The position numbers and the translations under genes were made by a program. From contig LSRY02000015.1 in assembly GCA_001643675.2 (NCBI GenBank), positions 1,488,001 to 1,552,000 of the forward strand: DNA of 64,000 nucleotides, written 5' to 3'. This document shows, in pieces, positions 33,903 to 45,700 of this stretch. This stretch comes from Monocercomonoides exilis PA203. Its lineage: Eukaryota > Protista > Preaxostyla. Within the stretch, counting starts at the first letter, position 1. Every line of letters starts with the position of its first letter. The notes beneath the pieces are model-generated. The model was given only the letters and a program-made list of their open reading frames with translations, searched no databases and was not told where the DNA came from.

Positions 33903-35204
33903 TTACGCCTCCCCATCCTTTTCAAACTCAACCTGCTTAATCTTCTTCAGTCCGTCTCCTCCAACTGCAGATGACGGATGATACAGCCTGTCAATAGCTG
34001 CGCCTGTTCCTTTGAACAGCGGCTGGTCAAACACATTATATTCACTATCATCTCCAAATCCGCTGTCCAATCCTTCGCTCTGATTGAAAAGTCGAGGATC
34101 ATATAACTGTTCAGAAGATCTAACTGATGACGATGAACCATGCGGCCCAAGAATAAGACGTTCTTCCCCTTCTTCTTTCAAATGAGCGCCCCGTCGATAT
34201 TCTCTTTCTCTCTCTCTCTTCTGAGCAAGCCTGATTCTATCTCGCTCGTCCTTCTCCTTTTCTGCAGTTTCATCAATTTCATCAGCTTCCCTCTTTCTTT
34301 TTGTTGCAATCATCGGTATTTCTTCCTCATTACTACCTTTAAGAACAGACCAAGAATCTCTTTTGATGCCATCCTTTGTATTTTCTCCGTTGTTGCTATC
34401 TTTTGACAATTGTGCCGCTTTCTCTCTTCGAGACTGTGCAGCCAGTTGTCTCAGTTGAGCCTCTCTTTCGGCTTGTTGAGCAGCCACTTGGCGCCCTTCA
34501 ATTGCTGCAAGCTTCTCGATTTCTTCTCTACCTTCTCGTTCGGCAATATAAAGAGAATCGGCAAGCTGAGCATGACTATTGTGTAAAGAGACTTCAAGAA
34601 GAGTTCGTCCATCAGCAGATTCTCTAAGATCAAGTGGAATTGTGTATCCTTTCGGATTTTTCCAATTTGAAATACACGCTGGTATATCCCACTCTTTTTG
34701 TTCTTCAGCAGATAACTTTCGAGGAGGTGAATGCATTACAGGAGCAGAAGGAGGAGGAGGCTCTAAAAATATGAAAAGGCAATTAAAATGGAAATTTTCA
34801 AAAAAATTAAGTATTATCTTTCGTTAAAAACAAAATACCTCTAGCTGTGTTACGCACTTTAAATTTAGGTGGTTCCAGTGGGTCAACAGGCATAGAGGAA
34901 AGACGAATTAAACGATTATTCGGTAAATCAGCAAAACGAAGAGTTTGCTCAGAAGAAGTATAACGTATGAATTTAACTTCATCTCCTTGATCAACAGGTG
35001 ATGATGGCTGCGCAGTTTGTGTTTTGACTGAAGAAAAATGAAATAAAATGTAAGAATTGGCATTTCCCAAATAAAACTTCCAACAAAATTCAAACTTCGA
35101 ACAAGTTTTTCTATTGCTTTTCTTGTTTCTTCTAATTGTTGCTGTACATCTTCTTCAGGAGGAAGAGGGAACTCAGAATCAATAAACCTTGTGATCGAAT
35201 CCAT
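33903..35204 (-). CDS. SNW1: SNW-domain splicing factor SKIP/Prp45, 3 exons (35204-35096, 35027-34839, 34762-33903)
   Basis: KFIRYT, DPLEPPKFK, APVMHSPPRK, IPACISNWKNPKGYTIPLD and YDPRLFNQSEGLDSGF..D.EYNVFD.PLF. Confidence 0.95.
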
Positions 35205-35273
35205 TCAGCAGAAAAAGTGGGTTGTCAAAAAAAATTTGTGTTACAATTAACGATCAATTAATGATTTTCGAAA
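35205..35273. promoter_or_regulatory. Ultra-short bidirectional promoter region
   Basis: 69 bp between the divergent ATGs of SNW1 and the Vps37-like gene. Confidence 0.55.
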
Positions 35274-36082
35274 ATGGCAATATCTGCTCAAGCAAAATCC
35301 CAATTGCCTGTTCCAAAACCTTTAGGAAAATTTAATCTTTCAAAGTTTGTATCTTTTATCAGTGAATGCATTGAAAAGCTGAAGTAGATTGTCGGATGAA
35401 GAGTTGGCAAGATGTATCAACGATTTTGAGTACTACAATGAGACAATTGCTCTTCACACTTATTTATTGCAATTCCTTCCAAGAATGGATCAACTTAGAA
35501 CGGAATGTCAAGTATTACTGGGTTTGAAATATTTTATTTTATTTTTTTGAAAATGGATTTTCTTTTGATATAAACAAAAATGAAAACGAATGATATTTTT
35601 TTTTTTTTGAAAAATCTTCCCTACAGATATATCTAAACGCAAGAAATGTGATATTGAAGAATTACACTTACGAGTGATGGAATCAAGAGAAATTTTGAAC
35701 AAAACTTACAAAGAATTCAAAGAATTGCAAAGGCTTCATCAAGAATATGTCACAGTGTGAGCTGACATCTTTTCTTTTTCAAGGAAGCACATATTTTTTT
35801 TCAATGCAGCAAACAGAAGAATCAAATCCTCAATTGGTCTTAAAGAAAGCAATGCAGGAGCACGAAGGAAAGATGAAAGAGCTTCGTGATTCACTTGCAC
35901 ACTGCGATAATTTTTCAAAGGTTTTCTATATTTCAGCGCAGATTTTAGCATTTTTCATTTTTTTAAATTTCATTTTTTGAACACAGACCCTTCAAGAACT
36001 TTATGAAGAAACCCAAAGATTTTACTATGACGAGGCACTGTTGAAGGTAACTCCTCGCATACAAAGCGAAGCTGTGATATGA
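35274..36082 (+). CDS. 179-aa coiled-coil protein, probable divergent ESCRT-I Vps37 (Mod_r-like), 5 exons (35274-35344, 35388-35521, 35627-35754, 35810-35920, 35987-36082)
   Basis: Four GT-AG introns give a stop-free 540-nt CDS. The pattern LSKLSDEELARCIND...LPRMDQL...SNPQLVLKKAMQEHEGKMKEL...TLQELYEETQRFYY parallels Mod_r. The gene model is more certain than the family call. Confidence 0.6.
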
Positions 36083-36725
36083 ACATCTGTTTCTCTCCCT
36101 AGTTTTTGTTCGTTTTTATTGTATTGTTCTTGTTAATACAAAGGAAGGTAATTACAAATAATTGAGTGGAATCGGATATCATCAGTTTCATCAAAGTTGG
36201 AAATTTGCACAGGCAAATCAATGCTTGGAGTTGTTGTTAGTGCAACAGCTGAGTGATGAAAGAGAAATTATTTTCATTCTTCATATGAGCTTCTTATGTC
36301 AACTATCCGGTTTCAATCCTGGTGGATGTTTAATCATCAGTGAAAAATAGCATTGCCTTGAAGCTTCGCTTATTTGCAAATATTCATTAAAATTAATTGA
36401 TTGGGTTGAGCTCGATTATTCCAACAATATTCTGAATACTCACAATCACAATTGACAATTTAATTTTATGAATCCAACAATATTTTTGTAATTCTCAAAT
36501 TTAAAACGCATACATTTTTTGTATTTTTCTTAGCAGTTTCAAAAGCATTCCTCAAAATTTCAAAAGAGCAAAAAAATTTTCAATTTCTCATGAAATAAGA
36601 TATGACGAACATTGCTTTTGCATCAAATAATAAACAAACTACTCAATAAAAAAATAAACTCAAAATTTGAACAAAGTTTTATTTTCTTTTTTAAAAAGTT
36701 AACAAAAAAAGATTTTTTTCAATTT

Positions 36726-39700
36726 TCATTCTGTAAAAGTGGTTGGCTGGACAGATAAAAGAAGAGGCATTGAAGGAAGAAGCTGAGTAGATGTCAGATT
36801 ATGCAGTCGATCAGAGGAGCTTTTCAGGGCAAGTGGATGAGACGAATTGAAAGAAACAAGAAGAGTAGAAGCAACTTGAGGACGAGGCAACTGTACAAAC
36901 AAAGGAAGAGAGTAAAAAGGAAGTGGAAGTGAAACAGGCAGAGAGACTGATGTGCAGTTGTATTGTGCTGCGAAGCAGCTTTTATTGGCTGAGACAGAAG
37001 GACTGCGATTGGGAGAATCGAGCGAATTGAATGAGGATGGCACTTGAATATGTTCAGAATCAGATTTCTGACTGTCTGATGAATTATTTTGTGGTGTCAG
37101 AAACGAGAGATGAATGACAGGTGGAGAATGGCAAGAAGAGATAAGAGGAGAAAGCGAAGATATTTGCGATTGGCTGCGCACGGTTTGTGGGGCAGCTGAA
37201 AAAGAAGAAGAAATGGAAGAGAGATTAGCAGTTGCTGTGAGTGAATGAGTGGAAGAATATTGATCGCTATTTGCCATCTGGTTCAGAGAAGATCCTTCTT
37301 TTTGCTTTGAAATTCTGTAGTTGTCGATGGACGCATAGCAAACATGATGGAAAGGAGGAATATGGAACCGCACAACAAGACCACTGATGAGCATCGGCTG
37401 GGCAAAGTCGAATCGGAAGAGCTGAGCGCCAAGTGTGGAAGCAACAGTGGACAACTGCTGTGATGAAGACAAACCAGATGAGGAAGAAAGAATCAACGAA
37501 GGTGAAATGACAGCTTGTGGAGGAGGAACGAAGTGTGAGTGACTGGGGGAAGGAGTTCGATGTGAAGAAATAGGAGTCGAAACAGCAAGTGACAAAGAAG
37601 ATGAGCCAGCAGAAGGTAAAATGGTGCGGTGCAGAGGTCGGGGGATGCGGGTGAAAAAGATGGAAGACAAGAAATGGAGATCAGAATTAGAAGGAGAAGC
37701 AATGAGAGGAGTGTAAGTTAAAGTCGATTGAGCATCTTGAGAGTGCTTGCTGATGACAGAATGACGTGCAGAACTGGCTGTGAGCGAGAAAATGGAATTT
37801 GGCGAGTGGAGTGAATGCGAAAAGGCACCACGGATCTGAATGGACGAAAGGGAAATGGATGGAAGATAAGAGCTAAATTCTTTGTTGGCTGAAAAAGTGA
37901 CAGAAACTGCACGGCAGAAAGTGAAGGGAACAATCACGTCGATTCTGTGAGGTGTTGAAAAGAGATGGACAGTAGGAAGAGCTGGAGGAGGGTCAATTTG
38001 CGGGAGAGCACTCGAGGAAAGCGGAGAAATTGAATGAAGTGAAGAAGAAGAAGTAGAAAATGGATTTGTCATCAGATGCTCAAAGTTATTGAGAGGATAA
38101 ATGGAAATATTGAATGGAACAAAACTGGTTTTGCCCTCTGAATTTTCTTTTGATTCATCTTCTATTTTGTGCTTCATTTTGTCTCGAACAGCATCAGGCA
38201 CAAATCCCTTTGGCGGAGCAATAATTGTGAGGGAGCGGATGAAAGAGGACGAAGACAGCAATAAAACAAATGAGACACAATTAAGTCCGCTTTCAGAACG
38301 CCAGCAGATTTTGTCCATTAATTTCAGTTTGGATGTATCTGACACACAAAAACGATCTCTGTAATCGGACAATCGATTGGATTCTTCAACAAACTGGCTT
38401 TCTCTGTCATTTTCATTCAAACAGGAACTTTCAATGGTCAATGGAGGAGTAAGCAGAAGCGAAGGAGGAGTGGAACAATCAGCAGAAATTGGAGGCTTCA
38501 TCACAAAATCAGCTGCAGGGAAAAGAGAAACAATTGTCGTTGACTGAGAATAACGCAAGAACAACTGGGAAGGCAATGTGTTAAAATAATACATTTTTGC
38601 TGATTCCTTTTTTTTAGGAAGTGCGCATTCAATTTTACCAATTTGTTTGGTCTTGCCATTTGATAAACTCAAAGAAGAAGTTGAAGATGAAGTTTGCATC
38701 GAATTTTGAATTGCCCTTATTGGTGACAATAAGCGATTCACTTTTTGAGTATCTTCTTCCAGCTGCCTTTCTCTCTCTTTTTCTTGCAACAAAATTCTCA
38801 GTCGCTCCACAAACACAATGAGAGTGTATGGCTCAATCGCTTTTAGTAATTTCATCTGCAAATTGTGGAAGAATGCATGCGACAAAGCGGGAACCGTCCC
38901 AAACAAGGAAATAAACACAGAAAAGCACGACGGACACAATTTGTCGATGTATTCAGGCAAAGTTGGGATCAAATGCGAAGGCGGTAGATGAACAGCACTT
39001 GAAGGCAGTGGGTGTGTTGCAAAGAGAGGCGAACAAGTTGAAGAAGAAGAGCAGCGGAGACAAAGCACACGAGAACAGAATGGACAGCGATGCACGTATG
39101 TGTTGGTGGAGGAGCAGATGGAGCAGACAGAATGCTGAGGAGAAGAGGAAGAAGATGTTGACGAAAGAGAGGAATTTTGAGAGGCTGTGAAGGAAGGGCA
39201 GTGCAATGCAGAGAAAAGAAAGAACTGATTGAGCATGCTCCACAAGTTGTATAGTGCAAATGAGCTTCTCTTCCATTCATCAAACAGCACCTTCACATGA
39301 TTCACGACTTCGCCTTCGAAGCTTTCTCCTTCTTCTTTCATTGCTTTTCTTGCTTCTCTTTCAGCATCACAATCCTTGTCTGTTTCTGCTATTTCGTCTT
39401 CCACCAAATGCCGTTCTTTCTCCATTGCAACAGAAAGCAGCTCAAATCCTCTTTCGAATGAAATGTTCATCGCAAGGCGCGCGAGATGGATGTGGGCAAA
39501 CGGAGCCAGCGAAGAAAGGAAAATGGAAGGAGAAGACGCAATTGATGCAAGAGAGTACTGGTACGAGAAAAAGCTTGATGAATAAGCAGAAGAATCGGAC
39601 GAATCGCTAGGCATAAAGCAGTTCAAAAGCAGATCGTCTTCTTTCTCTTCTTCGATTTGCTTTCGGATCATCGAATATTCAGCAGCTGACATTGCCGATG

Positions 39701-42700
39701 TGACTTGCTTGCTTCTCGCACGGAACCTCCTGCCTTGCGTTGCATGTGCATCATGTGCAGCAGTAGAAGACAAAGAAATGTTGTATCTGGAGATGAGAGG
39801 GTCATAACATTCAGCCAATTGCAGAGATTTCAGAGCCGGTGGAGGAATTGGAGCTGTTCTTGGGCTCTCAGAAAAGCCAGAAGGAGAACTGAGCGCAGAA
39901 GTCATTCTAGCTTTATTGTTATCAAGTGGAGTGGCAGAATTTAATCGATTTGTTTTGCTTGATTGATGATCCTTCAAAGCATCTTGTTCGTCAGAAAGAT
40001 CGACACTTAAATCAAACAGCGCTGTTCCAGATGAAATGTCCATTGGATCAGAAAAGGAAGAAACATCTCTCCGTTTCAGTGTTTCTTCCAGTGAATCCAT
40101 CATAAGAGGCTCAGGAATCAGCGAATCGTGCAGCTCTTCGCCTGTCTCCACCATCGAAGTCATCTTATTCACTGCATTTTCAATTCGCGTTCTCTCTTTC
40201 TCTTCCTTCTGCTTTGTTTCCTGATCCAGCTTCGTCTTGTTACGCTCGATTCTCCGCTTTCTGGCTGCTTTTCTGCGGAGAAGGGAAGGCTGCATCAGAA
40301 GAGGAGGAATTATGCAACGCAGTTGATACGACAGAAGCGAAAGGAAAAGACTTTCGCTGTACGACGAACGCAAAACGAGTGCTGTTTCAGACGGCAAAGA
40401 AGATGGAAGTTGTTCAACAGCAGTTGAATTGTCTGAAACAGATGAAATCTCTTCAGATTCATTTGAAGTTGAAGAATCATCCGAAGACAATTGATGAGAC
40501 TCGTTCAGTTGTTCAGTTGCATCATCACTGCATTCTTTGCATTTTGTCAACAACCTTTCCACATCAGAAAGTGCTTTTATTTCTTCTTCTTTTTCTTCCT
40601 CTTCGCGGCAGGCGTCCTCTTTTGTCTGAATTATCTTGAAGAACAGCTCCTTTAATGAAAATGGCGGGAGAAGAGAAGAAGATCGCTGAGGAGCGAGGAA
40701 AGAATGAAGAGAAGATTCAATTGAAGATGGCTTATTCATAACAGCTTCGCATTTTCCTGTTGAATGAGAAGAATTTCCTGCTTCCTTTAATTCAAATGGA
40801 GGAGTATTTAAGCTGACAGTCGTTTCGGCCGAATTTGCCTGGAGAGAAGAAGCCAACGCAGAAGACAAAAGAGGCTGCCCAAATACAGACACTTGGCCAA
40901 TCAATTGAGGAATCTTTGTTTTTGATGCATTTTGTGAATGAGTGGCTGTGCTTGAAGCAGTATTTGCATTTGAATTAAATGGATTTCCAGTTGATTGATC
41001 AGCTAATAATATCTCATTCAAAATAGAATTCGTCTGCTTTTGAACAGAAATCGAAGAGGGAAACGTGAAATGAAGTTGGATAATTCGCACAAGTCCAACT
41101 GGAACTGGATCTGTGCCTTGTGGAAGCGGAAGGGGATTAAATCCGCTGCAATCAACAGAATAATCACTTTTATCACCAGAACACAAACTTCGCATTCCGC
41201 TTTCTCTTCCATTGTTCGCAGCGAAGTCTGTTGAAAACGTCGTTTCTGCCTGTTTTGGGAAGCAATACGGTGGAATTTGCAAAAAGAGTGTGTTTGCCGG
41301 AAGATTCAGCGAATGAAGTGAAGTTTCTGTCAAAGAGAAGCTGAACTCCCGCTGAGACTTCGAGTGCTGCGAAGAAGATGGAGAAGACGAAGAAGATGCT
41401 GAAAAACCTGAAGAAGCAGAAGAGATTGCATTTTGATTGGGAGGTAATGGTGGAGGGGGGTTGCTTCCTTTCCTGGATTGTAAAGACGTGCCTCTTTCTT
41501 TTGCTGATTGATTATCATTTGTTCCATCAAAATGTGAAAGAGGAAAGCCAGACGAAGTCATTCCTGATGAATTATTGGGAGACACAAAAGAAGAAGAAGC
41601 AGGAAGAGGAAGAGCAACAGAAGAAAGAACAGGAAGAAGAGAGTCAAATGTCATTCCCATCGCAACGGAGACTGAGATTGGCGAGGATATAAGCAGCATT
41701 GTTGATGGAACAGAAGAAGAAACAGAAGAAGAAGAAGATGATGATGCAGATGCAGAATTGATTGCAGATGAATGAGGAGCAGGTCTGTGGAAGGTCAGAT
41801 GTGTCACAAGAGAAGGAACAGGAAGGATAATTGTGATGACTGGAGAGGAAGAAGAACAAGTTAGGGAGTTTGGCTCCAACGAAGACTCACTAATGTTACT
41901 GGGAACTTCAGAGACATACAAAATGTGCTGTTTGAGAACAGCGTTTGCCAAAGAAAACTGAGGAAGATAAGAAAGACAGGGCGGAAGCTCTTCTTTGATA
42001 CCAGCTTCTGTATCATCGGACGGACTGTTGCTTGCATCTGGTTCTGAAGATGATGACAATGAAGATGATGATGCCGATTCTGCGAATGGGTTAGATGACT
42101 CTGGTGAATGGAAGCCAGCTTTGACTGTTGGCCTCACAAGAGCTTCTTCCTCTTCTTTCAGCATCTGCTCAATCTGATTTCTTTGCTCCATCATTTCTTC
42201 TTTCTCATTAGCATCAAAGTTGTTGCATCCATCTTCTCCATCTCCACCATTTCCGTAGTTTTCATCCAACATTTCCAATGCGCGCTTTCTTTTCTTCTCT
42301 CTCTCCACTTCAACTGAATATCTGCCTCTCCCGTCAATCATCAGCGGAGTCTGCTCGTCCATCGAGCCTGTCATAAACAGAGAACCCGAATCCAACCCAG
42401 AAAACAGATCAGCAGAAAGAGGACTCTGCGAAAAAGTGGAAGAGAAAAGAGATTTGTGATGAGATGAAGAATTGCGATTCAAAGACGTGTTTAAAAAACC
42501 AGATGGTTGATTTGACTCTGAGTGTTGTTGTTGATTGCCATCACTTGTAGACAAAGAAGCAGAAGAGTCATAAAATGAGGCATAAGATATAGCACCTCGC
42601 GATAAGCATTCCATCGCAGGGACAAAAGGTGGAAATTGAGTGATTGGACCAGAAGGAATTGTGCTTGTTATTTGCGAATAATTAAAAGGAGATGATTCAA

Positions 42701-45700
42701 AAGTGTTGTTAATTTGTTTGCCTTCAAAATCATTTCCTTTTTCTTGATTGTCATCTTCAGACATTTCGTCTTTTTCTCCCATATTCTTTGCAAATTTCGT
42801 ATTCTGAGTATAAAATGTGACGTATTCCTTTCTTCTTTGCAGAGAATTTACTCTGTCTTCATCTGCACTGTTCTGCAGGAGCATTGCCAGTCCACTCTGA
42901 ACTTCGCCCAATCCATCAAATCCCTTCTCTTCATATGGATCAAACTTCTTTCTGACAACCTGCAAATGAGAGGATGAATTGTTAGAAGCAGCTTTGCCTT
43001 CTTCTTCTTCTCCTTCAATTTTTATGCTTCCATCACAATGAATGTCTTTTCCATCAGCAGTCTGCTTCATTTTTCTGTTTCTCCAACGAATCTTCTTTTC
43101 ATCATTAACAGAAGCTGCAATCCATCTCATTCCCATTCTCCATCCAACGCTCCTTCCCAGTCCGCTGCTTTCTTTGCTTCCCCAGAAAAGAGACGGGTAC
43201 AGTGATGGCAGCATCCACAAAGCTGCAAAGGAAGTGTAGCGGATGTGCCGAGTTGGGTCTGAGAACACGTTCTGAAAGCGCCTCTGGATCGATATGATTG
43301 CATTTGATGGAGTTGACACAGAAGACGTGGAAGATGAAGAGGAGAAGAACGTTTGAGCATCAATTGAAAGCGGGTTGTTCGAGATATAAATTGAAGGTTG
43401 GATTGGCTCTGAATTGCTTGCAGCACCATCGCTTTCTGCTTTTTGTGGAACTTTATCTTCTCCTTCGTGATTGCCTTCAAACTGACCTTTTTCATCATCT
43501 GTCGCTTTTGCATTTCTATTCAAAGCATTTATTTCCGATCGAACATTTCTTATAATCCTTACCACTTTTGAATGTGAAGCATCAAGCACAAGTGAATTCA
43601 GAACAGGTGGAATAGACGTGGCTACAAGCTGTGCATGGCAGTCCAGCTGCAGTGAGTCGAGATATTGTAGTGACGATTCATCGAGCGAGGAAGAGAAAGA
43701 GGAGTCCATGTAATCCTTTTCGTTCGGATCTTCCTCTCTTTTCTGAATGTCAATGGCTGTTGATTTATTTGCGCTTGATTGGATGGAAGATGATGAAGAT
43801 GCAGTTGTTGTTAAAGCCAAGTTCAATTGTGTGTTGTTTGTTGATGCCAAACTGTCAGATGAAACAGAAGACATTGCCTGCGGTACGAGGAGCGGAGAGG
43901 AAAGTGAATGCAGCTGAATAAAAGAGCGAATAAGGTGCGTGTGCGTTGCGATGGATGATGTGTATAGAAGCGAATTGGAGTTCGCGTGAATAAGAAACTG
44001 CTCAGAAAGCGCAGAAAGCGCATGCAAAGAGAAGAAAGAGCGGATGACAGCAAAAGAAGATAGCTTTGCTTGAACCTGCTGCTGAGACGTTGAAGTGCGG
44101 GGGAGAAGGCTGTCTGGAATGTATGTCTGATTGGATATCGCCTCCAATGTCTTTGTAATCATGAAATAAGAAGGCAGTTTTCGGTGGGTTTTTTCCAGAG
44201 ATATGATTGTTTCAACGGGTAGACAGCCTTCAGAAGAGATGTTTATAAGTTCTTGGAGTTGAGGATACGAGTTTAATGTCTGTTCAAGTTGTGAGACATC
44301 AGCGCTTTTGTTATTTAATGTTTGTACCACATTGTCTCCTTTCATCATATCATCTTTTATGTGATCTTGGCATTGATCATTTTCTTCTTCCTCCTCCTCC
44401 TCCTCTTCTTCCTCTTCCTCTTCATCTCCATTTTGTTCATCTCCTTCTGTTTCATATTCGCTTTCATCTGCCCCATCAGATTTTGCACCTGAATCATCCT
44501 CCAATCCATCCACTTCATCATCGTTGATTCTATCTTTTCCTATTACTTCTCTCTCTTCCCTTTCATCTCCACCAACCGCATCCTCATAATATCCCAATCT
44601 GTTCAGCATCTCCTGGATGACCGGCAGCGATAGAAAGTACATCGACACACTCGTTCTGTCCATTGAGTCTGCGCAGTTCGTCCTCACCAGCCCTTCCTGG
44701 CACGTGAGCTGCAGAAGCGACAGCTGTGCCAAGGGCGACGGAGGCCACAGAAAGCGAGGAGACTGCGGCTGCGCAAGCGGATGGCGCGGTGGATGCACAA
44801 AGTGCGGGAGAAGCTGCGGTTCAAGCTCGCAATCGTCACTATTATCTTCACAGGAAAGCGATTCGTGCCAGCTGTATGGTGTAAATGAGTGGTAGTGCTT
44901 TGGCTCAGTCAAAGGAGAGGACGCTTTTGCAATCACAGACACATCTGCAAAGGCAGCTTCTTCTCCGTTGCTGCACTGGATGTCTGTGGCGTCTGTGAGA
45001 TAATATCCGTCTTCCTCCAAAGACGGATTCTCAACTCGGCTTTCCTCAGAATTGCTTGAATGTTGTTCGATCACAACACTTTGTGATACTTTTGCCGAAT
45101 TCTCGTTTTCTTCTTTCTCGTTCTTTTCATCATTTGCAGTTTCTTTCTCCTTTGTTTTTGCTTCTTCCTTTGTTTCCCATTCATTTTGCATCAAGTTCTC
45201 TTTCAGAATCAAACCAGATGACATTCCAGCCTGTTTCAAAGACTGTGCCATTCTGCTCCACAAACCCAGTACGCTCTCCTCTGCACCCAGCTGCTTGTTC
45301 AGTCCGTGCCAATCAAAAGACACCAACAGAACAGGAAAAGAAGAGGCAAGCTCAGACGATATGGTTGCGATAGGTGAGGAAAGACTACTACGCGTGAAGT
45401 GAGAAAGATGAGAAGAAGAAGAAGACGAAGAAATGGTGTTTTCAAAAGAGATCAAAGACAAATCGTGTTCATCATTGCTATTTTGTGAAGTGTTTTTGTT
45501 GAGATCCTTTGTAATTGGGCTGACAATTGCTTTCTCATCAACTGATTCTTTTGACTGAAGTTCAGTTTGAAGTGTTGAAATATCATCCTGATTTAAAGCC
45601 TCATCTTTCTTGTTCTCTTCTTCTTTCTCTTCTTTCTCCGTTTCTTTCTCTTTCTCTTTCCTCCTCTTTCCTTCCAATTCTCTTTCCTTATCAATCATTT

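Noticed and set aside
36160-36450. Possible small gene or fragment
   Set aside because: No convincing frame, splice model or motif.
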